A stretch of DNA of 32,000 nt from Candidatus Baldrarchaeota archaeon (GCA_016840485.1 JAEOSG010000002.1:50368-82367), one strand, 5' to 3'; shown: positions 10,588 through 18,202, counted from the first letter of the stretch. Program-made: numbers and translations. The notes: generated by a model not told the origin, from the sequence alone.

Positions 10588-11010
10588 TCACTTTTTCCTA
10601 CCAAATTTGACACCTCCAAATGTTAAGTCTCTTCTATTCAGTCTCAGAAGAGTTTTCTTAATGCCTTCAATGCAGGATACTTGTCCTGCTAAGGCATGTT
10701 TAAGTTCGTTTCTCATTTCATGTAAAGGAATGGTTCCCCCTATTTCAAGAAGAGACGAAAGGGTTTTTGCTATTTTTTCCCCTTTTTCGTCAAAATCTGT
10801 AAGTATAAGAACTCTTCTACAGCCATATAATTGGTCAATTAGCGTGTTTAAACTTTGCTGAGATACTTTAATTATTCTTCCTTCTACCCCGAGAGTCCGA
10901 AGGACTTCTTCGTCCTTTTTCCCTTCAACCAGTATGGGAACGCCTTCGCTGGCTATTTCCCTTATTTTTTCAAGAGTCCTTTCTATTCTTTCTACTATTT
11001 CTTCTTTCAT
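10588..11010 (-). CDS. Small Toprim-domain protein (RNase M5 / small primase-like family)
   Basis: It shows PILVEGKKDEEVL and VLILTDFDEKGEKIA (the Toprim E and DxD motifs). Confidence 0.7.
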   Translation of the reverse strand: MKEEIVERIERTLEKIREIASEGVPILVEGKKDEEVLRTLGVEGRIIKVSQQSLNTLIDQLYGCRRVLILTDFDEKGEKIAKTLSSLLEIGGTIPLHEMRNELKHALAGQVSCIEGIKKTLLRLNRRDLTFGGVKFGRKK

Positions 11011-11189
11011 TGAGATGTCCTCTTTTTGTAGGTATTTATGCCTCTGAATGCAAGTAAAGCTATAATTAACTCTCTAATCTCTAAACGAAGATACAACTTA
11101 ATACTTTTATTTCTTCTAATTTAAAGTATCGACTGACAAATTTATCGATGTTTAAAATGTAAATATATCGATAGCTAGCGTTTTTTCCC

Positions 11190-12059
11190 TTATTTAATTT
11201 TTACGTCTACCACCACGTGAACAAGTCCAGGTCCGTAACTTTTGACAATACGTCTATGAGTTATTCGTTCGACTTCACGGCTACTTTTTATAGCAGCAGA
11301 TTTTACTTCGCTAATTGGTTTTTGAAATATGTCATTTGTCTTGTAAATATTATGGTAGTGAATAATTCCACCTTCAGCCTTAACACCCATCATTGCTGCT
11401 TCAAGAAATTCTTGAGTTCTCTCCACATAACCCATGACTATTCTATCAGCCTTATGTCTCAAAAGTTTCGGAACAATTTCCTTAGAATCCCCTTGAATTG
11501 GATAAACTATATGATCAACGTTATTCAAAAAAACATTCTCTAAAAGGTATTTATATGCCAAAGGGTTTAATTCGATAGAAAATATTCTCCTTGGCCGACA
11601 ATGAACAGCTATAGGAATAGAAAATTGACCTATACCAGCAAACATATCAATGACTACCTCATCTGAAAAAACAATTTTAGACATTCTTAACCGCTCATGC
11701 TGATTCCCAAGACAGAACATAAGTCTTTTTGCGTCCAATTTAAATTGGCACTCATTCTCAATTATCATCGTCTCCGTATTCATGTCACCAGCAATTACTT
11801 CAACTTTTGGTTCTCTAAAAACCCCTTGAATACCTTCGACAAGATTTAAAACACTTTTAACACGAGGGTCATTCTTCAAAATTATCCTGCCTATTTCCTT
11901 CTTTAGGTGCGAGAATTCATCTGGTAGTTTAATAATGGCTAAATCGCCTAGGACCTTATATTTTGCTGGCAGTTTATTCAACTCGTCTGTAGATAAACCT
12001 AACTCTCTTCTTAACATATCTTTTAACTTTGGAACCTTTTTAATCAACAGTAACACCAT
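11190..12059 (-). CDS. trm5: Trm5/Taw22-like tRNA (guanine37-N1) methyltransferase (Met-10+ family)
   Basis: VIDMFAGIGQFSIPIA is a SAM-binding motif characteristic of Trm5/TYW2 proteins, and the size fits. Confidence 0.7.
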   Translation of the reverse strand: MVLLLIKKVPKLKDMLRRELGLSTDELNKLPAKYKVLGDLAIIKLPDEFSHLKKEIGRIILKNDPRVKSVLNLVEGIQGVFREPKVEVIAGDMNTETMIIENECQFKLDAKRLMFCLGNQHERLRMSKIVFSDEVVIDMFAGIGQFSIPIAVHCRPRRIFSIELNPLAYKYLLENVFLNNVDHIVYPIQGDSKEIVPKLLRHKADRIVMGYVERTQEFLEAAMMGVKAEGGIIHYHNIYKTNDIFQKPISEVKSAAIKSSREVERITHRRIVKSYGPGLVHVVVDVKIK

Positions 12060-12078
12060 CTCTTAACACTATAGCTTT

Positions 12079-12298
12079 AAAAAAAAGATGCGTTGAAGCG
12101 CATGTGGCCTGAGCAGTAACACTCGGCTTCATAGAGAGGCAAACGCCTCTTCTTGGCCGAGCTCTCTTTGCCAGGCCCTTAGGGCGCTTCAACTTCTGGC
12201 CCACCTGTCCCGTACCTGGGTTGGCTCCACGTACATCGTAAGCGGTGACGCACCGCTCTTCACGCGCAGAGCCCATCGCGTACGGATTACCGGTGGGC
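12079..12298 (-). ncRNA. GC-rich structured RNA of about 220 nt, identity unassigned. SRP/7S-like is only a tentative guess.
   Basis: It is a sharp GC-rich island in an AT-rich context. A TTTATAAA box lies about 24 nt upstream and a T8 run lies at the 3' end. Long-range helices: UGGCCCACC/GGUGGGCCA, CCGUAC/GUACGG, GUUGAAGCG/CGCUUCAAC, GGCCUG/CAGGCC, GCUCGGC/GCCGAGU. Hairpins: AGCGGUG-CGU-CACCGCU and AGAGGC-GUUU-GCCUCU. Confidence 0.6.
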
Positions 12299-12307
12299 CA
12301 AGTAATC

Positions 12308-12826
12308 CTAAGTAGAGATTTGTTTATAAATCTGTCTTTGAGAAGTTTTTCTTAGGACTTTACCATTCCTATTTATTTCACCACTTCTAATTCTATGGGA
12401 AGAAATTGGTTTTCCATTTTCTGCGAGAAGTAACGGTATAACAAAAATGATTAAAGGATGCATGCCTTTTGAAACTCTTATTCTGTTAATTTCAAGAGCT
12501 CTTCCTAAGGTTTCCTCACTAACAACAAGTCCCTCAATACTTTCATCTATGGTGGTAGGACCATAGACATCATTAAGAGGGAGTATTTTACATCTACTTA
12601 ATAACCCTTTATCCTCCAGAAATTCTTTAAGTTCCTTCAGTCTTTCATCGAAACTTAATATTTCTTTTCCTAAAAACTTATTTTTCACCATATTGTCCGT
12701 TGTTAGGCCAATAATAACCTCATCACCGACTTCAAAAGCCTTCAAAATAAGTTTTTTATGACCACGATGCAAACGATCAAAAGTTCCCCCAACAGCTACA
12801 AGTTTCAGTTTCAAGTTAAACACCAT
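12308..12826 (-). CDS. Archaeal phosphopantetheine adenylyltransferase (cytidylyltransferase-like fold)
   Basis: It shows VAVGGTFDRLHRGHKKLI (GxFxxxHxGH) and a C-terminal ISSHRIR motif. The size and layout fit the archaeal PPAT family. Confidence 0.75.
   Translation of the reverse strand: MVFNLKLKLVAVGGTFDRLHRGHKKLILKAFEVGDEVIIGLTTDNMVKNKFLGKEILSFDERLKELKEFLEDKGLLSRCKILPLNDVYGPTTIDESIEGLVVSEETLGRALEINRIRVSKGMHPLIIFVIPLLLAENGKPISSHRIRSGEINRNGKVLRKTSQRQIYKQIST
12323..12330 (-). promoter_or_regulatory. TATA box (TTTATAAA) for the unassigned ncRNA, embedded in the 3' end of the upstream CDS
   Basis: It is a consensus-like archaeal box A roughly 24 nt upstream of the start of the GC-rich block. 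Confidence 0.5.
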
Positions 12827-12846
12827 TTAAAAAAGAAATTAGATTA

Positions 12847-13518
12847 TTAAAACTCTATTTCCTCGCCAGGCTTTAATATAACAACTCTTACCTCGGGGGT
12901 TCTTTGTTTAACAAGTTCTGCAAACCTATTGGGATCCTGCCTAATTACAGGAAACGTGTTATAGTGCATGGGGATCACGGTCTTAGGTTTTAAAAACTCT
13001 GTTGCCAAAGCTGCTTCTTCAGGTCCCATTGTATAATATCCTGAAATAGGTAGCAAAGCATAGTCTGGCTTATATAATTCTCCTATAATTTTCATATCCC
13101 CAAAAACTTGAGTATCACCTGCATGGTAGATGGATGCGCCCGGGACATGTATGACAAATCCTACGGGAGACCCGCGTGTAGCGCTATGAAACGCTTTAAC
13201 CATAGTGATTTTTACCCCTTTTATGTCTGTAGTGCCACCAATGTTCATTCCTTCAACTTTCTCTACGCCTTGTTCTTGAAGATATACGGCAAGGTCATAG
13301 ATCGCAACCAAAGTGGCACCAGTTCTTTTACAAATATCTACGGCATCACCTACATGGTCGCCATGGTCATGAGTTACAAGTACAATATCACAATCTTTTA
13401 TATCGGAAGCTTTAATGGGAGCTAAAGGGTTCTCTGTTAGAAAAGGGTCTATGAGAATTTTCACCTCTTCAGTCTCTATTTTAAATGCGGCATGACCCAA
13501 AAATACTATTTTTCCCAT
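12847..13518 (-). CDS. Metallo-beta-lactamase superfamily hydrolase (UPF0173-like)
   Basis: It shows VLVTHDHGDH (HxHxDH), and the N-terminus MGKIVFLGHAAFKIE is typical of this family. Confidence 0.75.
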   Translation of the reverse strand: MGKIVFLGHAAFKIETEEVKILIDPFLTENPLAPIKASDIKDCDIVLVTHDHGDHVGDAVDICKRTGATLVAIYDLAVYLQEQGVEKVEGMNIGGTTDIKGVKITMVKAFHSATRGSPVGFVIHVPGASIYHAGDTQVFGDMKIIGELYKPDYALLPISGYYTMGPEEAALATEFLKPKTVIPMHYNTFPVIRQDPNRFAELVKQRTPEVRVVILKPGEEIEF

Positions 13519-13523
13519 CTTTC

Positions 13524-13895
13524 CTACCTCCCTTTTGTTTCTCCCATCTTTCGTGGGGGAACAACATAAATATCATCGATATAAAGATTACCTGAGCATT
13601 TTCCACAAGTTCCTACTTGCTTAAAAATATAGTCTCCACGTTGAAATTTTCTTTCCTCTTTGTAATCGCAATTTTCACACTTAATAACAGTTACTGTATG
13701 ATATTTTTCCACTTCTAACATCTCCTCTCTAGGTTGAGTTCTCAACGCGAAGAGAACAATTAAAACTATGAGTAATAGGTATACTAACCAGAAGTTTTTG
13801 AAACCGTATTTTAAGTAAAGCAAGTAAAAAACAAGAAATACGACGAATGTTATTGCTGTTATAACCAAATTCATTAATATCTTCGATTTTTTCAA
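13524..13895 (-). CDS. Membrane protein with a C-terminal zinc-ribbon
   Basis: It has two N-terminal hydrophobic helices, then CENCDY...CGKCSG (CxxC...CxxC). Confidence 0.5.
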   Translation of the reverse strand: MKKSKILMNLVITAITFVVFLVFYLLYLKYGFKNFWLVYLLLIVLIVLFALRTQPREEMLEVEKYHTVTVIKCENCDYKEERKFQRGDYIFKQVGTCGKCSGNLYIDDIYVVPPRKMGETKGR

Positions 13896-13906
13896 GATTA
13901 TCCCCT

Positions 13907-15043
13907 TTAGTAACCTATGCCTATCGTATTTCCAATACCCGCAACGAGAATAACGTCACCTGGTTTAGTTCTTTCATTTATTATCCTCTTTATTCTTTCT
14001 ACAACTTTTCTAGTTGCTTCTGCAATCTCTCTTCTCATTGGGGAAACAGCTTCTTCAATAGATTCCTTAATAATAATGGCATCTAGTGGTACTTTATATT
14101 TTGTTGCTACTTCTTCAATCTTGTATTTATCGATGCCAATCCCTCCGATAGCGGCGCCAACGCCTTCCATTATTCCTCCAGTTTTTTCACCTTCCAATTT
14201 AATACCAGCATCTATCATAATTATTCTATCGATTTTAAGTTTTCTTTCTTCAAAAAGTTTTCTAATGGCTTCTCCTGGTTTACCAACTGTACCTCCTGGT
14301 CCTCGTGCACGCACCGCAATTACAGTTCTATCATCTATCTTTGTTTGAGCAATTACAGTGTCTTTTACTATTTCTTCATATTGTTCCTTACCAACCACAC
14401 CGTGTTCTCTTAGCAATCTGGTCACGGAAAGAACACCTGCTCCGTCACCAATTGGCTTTCCGTCAACAAAAGCTTTCAAAGCATCAAAATAAGCGTTCGC
14501 ATATTTCATAATTTCTGGAAGCTGCATTTGAAGTTGAAGAATTAAAATATAACTTTTAGTTTTTTCCCCTAATATAAGAAAATGTCTAACAATCCTATAA
14601 ATGAAATTCAAAGCGATAATTGCCTCCAACACATTTTCCAAATTAGCAGCCTGATCCCTACTTACATTTGGCGCCAACTCAGCTACAATATGTTCAAACC
14701 TCTCATCTCTAACATTAACTAAGTGTTCCAACTTATACATAATGCCGGACGGATCTCTATCAACAGGCTCTATCATAAAGAACTCTAAAAAATCATTTAT
14801 TCTAGAAACAATATTTGCATCTGAATTTCCAACATCTCTAAACGCTTTAATGGTAATTTCCTTTCCCTTGCGAACCATGTATTCAAGTTTTTGTAATGCT
14901 CGCTTAATCTGCCTAACCCAAATACTTACTTGCAAGCGTTGTCCATAGAACATATATACCAAAAGTAACAACAACCAAATCCAGTTTATAATCCAATTCC
15001 AACTTTCTTGCTGCCACGGGAACTGCACAACAACCAACCTCAT
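13907..15043 (-). CDS. Conserved archaeal membrane-anchored protein of unknown function (possibly DUF1512-like)
   Basis: It is a long intact ORF with a Trp-rich N-terminal transmembrane helix. The family name comes from memory of its overall appearance only. Confidence 0.45.
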   Translation of the reverse strand: MRLVVVQFPWQQESWNWIINWIWLLLLLVYMFYGQRLQVSIWVRQIKRALQKLEYMVRKGKEITIKAFRDVGNSDANIVSRINDFLEFFMIEPVDRDPSGIMYKLEHLVNVRDERFEHIVAELAPNVSRDQAANLENVLEAIIALNFIYRIVRHFLILGEKTKSYILILQLQMQLPEIMKYANAYFDALKAFVDGKPIGDGAGVLSVTRLLREHGVVGKEQYEEIVKDTVIAQTKIDDRTVIAVRARGPGGTVGKPGEAIRKLFEERKLKIDRIIMIDAGIKLEGEKTGGIMEGVGAAIGGIGIDKYKIEEVATKYKVPLDAIIIKESIEEAVSPMRREIAEATRKVVERIKRIINERTKPGDVILVAGIGNTIGIGY

Positions 15044-15301
15044 ATCGATCTATGTACTATCACAAAAGCAATCAAAATAAATAAGAACATTACGGTTAGA
15101 GTTAAAAACAACAAATTTTCTTATAAAACGGAAAACAAGAATTACAGCATGTTATTTAAATAACAAACGCCACTACTCTATACATCTTCGATTGCTAGTT
15201 CAACAAACAAAAGCAACGTGCAAAATCAAATTAAAGCAATTTCCACCCCAGCAATAAGATAAATAAATTAGGAATTGAATGTGAAAAACTAGCTAATTAA
15301 C

Positions 15302-15457
15302 GGTGCGGCATCCTTCCGTGTTCGGAATGGGAACGGGTATTTCCCTCCGCACTATGGCCGCCTGCCGAAGCAGGCAGCTTCCCAGTTTCCCATCCCCTCG
15401 CGGAGGATAGTACTCCTGGGAACGTGCGGAGGCTTGACTTTCACGGGATGCCGCACC
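15302..15457 (-). rRNA. Circularly permuted 5S rRNA gene (3' half - UUCG - 5' half) enclosed by a bulge-helix-bulge processing stem. The predicted excised unit is 15315..15439 (125 nt).
   Basis: The minus strand contains GCAGGCGGCCAUAGUGCGGAGGGAAAUACCCGUUCCCAUUCCGAACACGGAAG (the 5S 5' half). This lies downstream of GUCAAGCCUCCGCACGUUCCCAGGAGUACUAUCCUCCGCGAGGGGAUGGGAAACUGGGAAGCUGCCUGC (the 5S 3' half). The flanks GGUGCGGCAUCC/GGAUGCCGCACC are perfectly complementary. Confidence 0.85.
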
Positions 15458-15478
15458 ACTTCTATCACAATCACCAAC

Positions 15479-15488
15479 CATATAAAAA
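15479..15488 (-). promoter_or_regulatory. TATA box (minus strand TTTTTATATG) upstream of the permuted 5S unit
   Basis: It is a box A-like element about 20-25 nt upstream of the first nucleotide of the flanking helix. A T5 run follows the unit on the minus strand (about 15283-15287). Confidence 0.5.
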
Positions 15489-15709
15489 CATTATCCTAAG
15501 AAAATTATAAAATAAAATGTTAAAGTAACTATCAAATTAAAAATCAATTAATTCGTTTAAAACGAGTTATTATGGTAGATAGCTTGTTCACTAATAACCC
15601 GCCCTCGCCACTCTGAAAAACCTTCCCTCATTAATAAACTATAATCATAATATTAAATATTAGCCGAAAAATTTATCAAACGAGAAAATACTAATAAAAA
15701 TAGGATGTA

Positions 15710-15882
15710 GGGGCCGTAGCCTAGCCAGGTGAGGGATTAGCACGAAACTAGGCCCCCTTAGGGGCGACGGGCTCCAGAAGCCCATACGACGGGTTTGTTG
15801 ACCGAAGTGGGATGAAGAACTTCTGGAGCGGTGAATTGAAGAAACCCGTTGGTCGAGGGTTCAAATCCCTCCGGCCCCACCA
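15710..15882 (+). tRNA. tRNA-Trp(CCA) with two introns: D-arm about 15733-15761 and canonical 37/38 at 15778-15843. CCA is encoded.
   Basis: Hand-folded. Acceptor GGGGCCG/CGGCCCC, D stem GCCU/GGGC, anticodon stem ACGGG/CCCGU, loop CUCCAGA, T arm GAGGG-UUCAAAU-CCCUC, A73. The exons sum to 78 nt. Confidence 0.8.
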
Positions 15883-16312
15883 ACTTTCCTTAAACTATAT
15901 TTTTTGAAACCACAAACCATCAGTTAACTCTACCAATTTACTTTTTACATTATTTAACCGCAATTCAAAGGTTAACAAACATAGCAATTTAATAATCAAC
16001 AACGTCAAAAACATAAATGGTTTAAAACAAGGTTATTGACCAAATACAAAATTTTAATGTATTACATCGCATCGTATCTGTAGGAAAATACTCTTCATAA
16101 AATCATTCAACACAATTTTCTATAAAATAAACGAAATGCATCCCATGCATCGTGCTTCGCATATTACTCCCATTTTAAGTCTCACATTGCAAAAATATAC
16201 ATTAAAGATAATATTATCCCTGTCCCATAAGAAACCTAAAATATAGCAGCAAACTTAAGTAAGGAACAAAATAATAACTAACATTGAAATGTTTGCGGAA
16301 TCTTCTAGAGGT

Positions 16313-16479
16313 GCCGGGGTAGCTCAGCCTGGTTGGAGCGCCGGACTAAAAACACACTACCAAGGGCGAAACTCATAGGGTACAGAAATTTATAGTCCCT
16401 TCCTGTGACATCCGGAGGTCCCGGGTTCGAATTGCCTAGACTTGCTGGTCTGGGCACGAAAATCCCGGCCCCGGCACCA
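16313..16479 (+). tRNA. tRNA, most likely elongator Met(CAT), with three introns: about 16348-16373, 16378-16409 and a T-loop intron about 16433-16463. CCA is encoded.
   Basis: Acceptor GCCGGGG/CCCCGGC, D arm GCUC-AGCCUGGUUG-GAGC, anticodon stem CCGGA/UCCGG, T arm CCGGG-UUCGAAU-CCCGG. Only the assembly CU+CAUA+A gives a legal anticodon loop (CUCAUAA). The exons sum to exactly 78 nt. Confidence 0.65.
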
Positions 16480-16650
16480 AAACACATCGGTTCTTGATCT
16501 TTATATTTAAGCTGTAGACAGTGTCAACTTAGTTCTTGCGTCAAACTAAAATCCTTTATATTCAACTTCACGATTTAAAGTAAAATGGTTTTTATTACGG
16601 AGCCCCTTTAAATCCGACATAAATACATGAACGATGAAGAGGGGTAAGAA

Positions 16651-17880
16651 TTGCATGAATTCGAATTTCTAACACTAGACGACGTTGAGGTATCGGGGAA
16701 AAAAGTGCTTCTCAGGGTTGACATAAATTCTCCTATAGACCCGGAAACATTAACGATTTTAGACGATTCAAGAATAAAAGCCATACTCACCACTCTCAAA
16801 GACCTAGAAGATGCAGCAGTAGTTTTAATGTCCCATCAAAGCAGACCAGGGAAAAAAGATTTTACCTCACTTGAACCTCATGTACGAATACTAAAAAAAT
16901 ATCTGGGTGACCGAGTAAAATTTATAGATGACATATTTGGCCCAGCAGCCAGAAAAGAAATAAGAAAACTGCCACCAGGAAAAATATTAGTCTTAGAAAA
17001 CGTTAGATTCTATTCGGAAGAAAACATCGAAGCTCCACCAAAAGTCCTTGCAAGAACCCATCTTGTCAGAAAACTAGCACACTTCTTCGATCTATTCGTA
17101 AACGACGCTTTCGCAGCCATACACAGATCCCAACCATCACTTGTAGGCTTCGCAGAAGTACTACCAACCGTTGCTGGAAGGCTTATGGAAAAAGAACTAA
17201 AAGCACTAAAAAAAGTATTACAAAACCCAGAAAAACCCTGCGTATTCTTCCTAGGGGGAGCAAAAGTACCAGACAAAATGGAAATAATGCTAACAGCACT
17301 CAAAAAAGGAAAAGCAGACAAAATACTACTGGGAGGGTTACTCGCAAACGTTTTCCTAGAGGCAGCAGGATACAACATTGGAGAAGAAAACAGAAAACCT
17401 CTACCGGATTTCGAAAAGCTAAAAAACAAAGCAAAAACCATACTAGAAAAATACAGAGACGCAATAGAACTGCCAAAAGACGTAGCAGTAGAAATAAACA
17501 ACGAAAGAATGGAAGTGCCCATAGACAAACTACCAGTAAAAGGACAAATAAAAGACATAGGAATAAACACAATCATACACTACTCAAAAATACTATCAAA
17601 CGCAGCAACCATAGTAGCAAACGGACCAGCAGGAATATTCGAAGAAAGACAATACGCCATAGGAACAACAGAAATCCTACACTCAATAGCAAACTCAAAA
17701 GCCTACAAAGTAATAGGAGGAGGACACCTAGGAGCCATAGCAAACATACTAAACCTAAACACAAAAATCAACCACATATCCACAGGCGGAGGAGCAGCTT
17801 TGTCGCTACTTGCAGGACAAAAACTACCAGTAATAGAAGCTCTAACAAAAGCAGCAAAGAGACACAAAACCTATCACTAG
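16651..17880 (+). CDS. pgk: Phosphoglycerate kinase
   Basis: It shows VLLRVDINSPI, MSHQSRPG and a C-terminal ISTGGGA motif. The length fits archaeal PGK. It has a TTG start. Confidence 0.9.
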   Translation: MHEFEFLTLDDVEVSGKKVLLRVDINSPIDPETLTILDDSRIKAILTTLKDLEDAAVVLMSHQSRPGKKDFTSLEPHVRILKKYLGDRVKFIDDIFGPAARKEIRKLPPGKILVLENVRFYSEENIEAPPKVLARTHLVRKLAHFFDLFVNDAFAAIHRSQPSLVGFAEVLPTVAGRLMEKELKALKKVLQNPEKPCVFFLGGAKVPDKMEIMLTALKKGKADKILLGGLLANVFLEAAGYNIGEENRKPLPDFEKLKNKAKTILEKYRDAIELPKDVAVEINNERMEVPIDKLPVKGQIKDIGINTIIHYSKILSNAATIVANGPAGIFEERQYAIGTTEILHSIANSKAYKVIGGGHLGAIANILNLNTKINHISTGGGAALSLLAGQKLPVIEALTKAAKRHKTYH

Positions 17881-18075
17881 CAACAAACTCCCATAACTCC
17901 TTAAAAACATTGTAAATCGCACGGCAACGCTTTGACACTAACTTTAAATACACAAAACCATTAAAAGGCCTAAACACCTAACAACCATAGGAAATTCCTA
18001 GAAAGGGATCAAAGGTAACGACAAACTTATATTTACTTATTAAAGAAAATACCTATGGAGAAAACTGAAAAGGAA

Positions 18076-18202
18076 GCCGCCGTAGCTCAGCCGGTAGAGG
18101 AAAACAAGCGCCGAAAGCGGCGGACTTGTAAATTTGAGGCTATAGAGCCTTGTAAGTCGAGAGATCCGCTGGTCGCGGGTTCAAATCCCGCCGGCGGCTC
18201 CA
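18076..18202 (+). tRNA. tRNA-Thr(TGT) with two introns: D-arm 18099-18116 and 37/38 at 18131-18163. CCA is encoded.
   Basis: Acceptor GCCGCCG/CGGCGGC, U73, anticodon stem GCGGA/UCCGC, loop CUUGUAA, T arm GCGGG-UUCAAAU-CCCGC. The exons sum to 76 nt. Confidence 0.8.

Noticed and set aside
12040-12276. 78-aa minus-strand ORF (MGSAREERCVTAYDVRG...)
   Set aside because: It lies entirely within the GC-rich structured RNA block. Its Arg/Gly/Ala/Pro-rich composition is unlike any other protein here. It has no RBS and overlaps the Trm5 start. I treat it as an artefact of GC-rich RNA sequence.
12079-12298. RNase P RNA (including the minimal type T) as the identity of the GC-rich RNA
   Set aside because: No GAGGAAAGUCC-like CR-I and no ACAGAAnnCGGCUUA-like CR-V is present. 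The only similar strands (GCUCGGC/GCCGAGU) are separated by a single 28-nt hairpin. That is incompatible with a P4 pseudoknot architecture.
15302-15457. The 5S locus as a scrambled pseudogene or misassembly
   Set aside because: I considered this, but both halves are complete and all helices (I, II, IV, V) co-vary correctly. The old ends are neatly capped by UUCG. The new ends sit in a 12-bp/3-nt/4-bp/3-nt BHB whose rule-based cleavage restores the conserved GGAAGUCAAGCC junction. A TATA box and T-run flank the unit. Random scrambling would not produce this. It still needs read-level and RNA confirmation.
15293-15481. 62-aa minus-strand ORF over the 5S locus
   Set aside because: It is the translation of the permuted 5S rRNA sequence itself, not a protein gene.
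16346-16352. Reading the tRNA at 16313-16479 with a contiguous anticodon loop CUAAAAA (anticodon AAA)
   Set aside because: An AAA anticodon is not expected in archaea. I tried every single-intron combination of the 5' and 3' loop sequence. Apart from the equivalent CUAAAAA reading, each puts a pyrimidine at position 37 or loses U33. Only a two-intron solution giving CUCAUAA (Met) is legal and also gives a 78-nt mature length.
16305-16487. 60-aa minus-strand ORF, and the similar 24894-25079 ORF
   Set aside because: Both are antisense to the tRNA-Met and tRNA-Pro genes and are GC-rich RNA-gene artefacts.
17010-17977. A stack of minus-strand ORFs (188, 90, 63 and 69 aa) rich in Leu/Phe/Cys/Ser opposite pgk
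   Set aside because: They are antisense to a well-supported pgk gene. Their low-complexity composition is the mirror image of the A+C-rich coding strand, so they are a by-product of the skew.
15044-18075. A chromosomal replication origin in the AT-rich RNA-gene spacer or at the 18.1 kb skew switch
   Set aside because: No orc1/cdc6 gene and no repeated origin-recognition-box-like elements (only an isolated GGGTGGAAT at about 18255) are visible. Similar skew switches recur twice within 11 kb. An origin call is not supported from sequence alone, so the skew is reported only as an observation.
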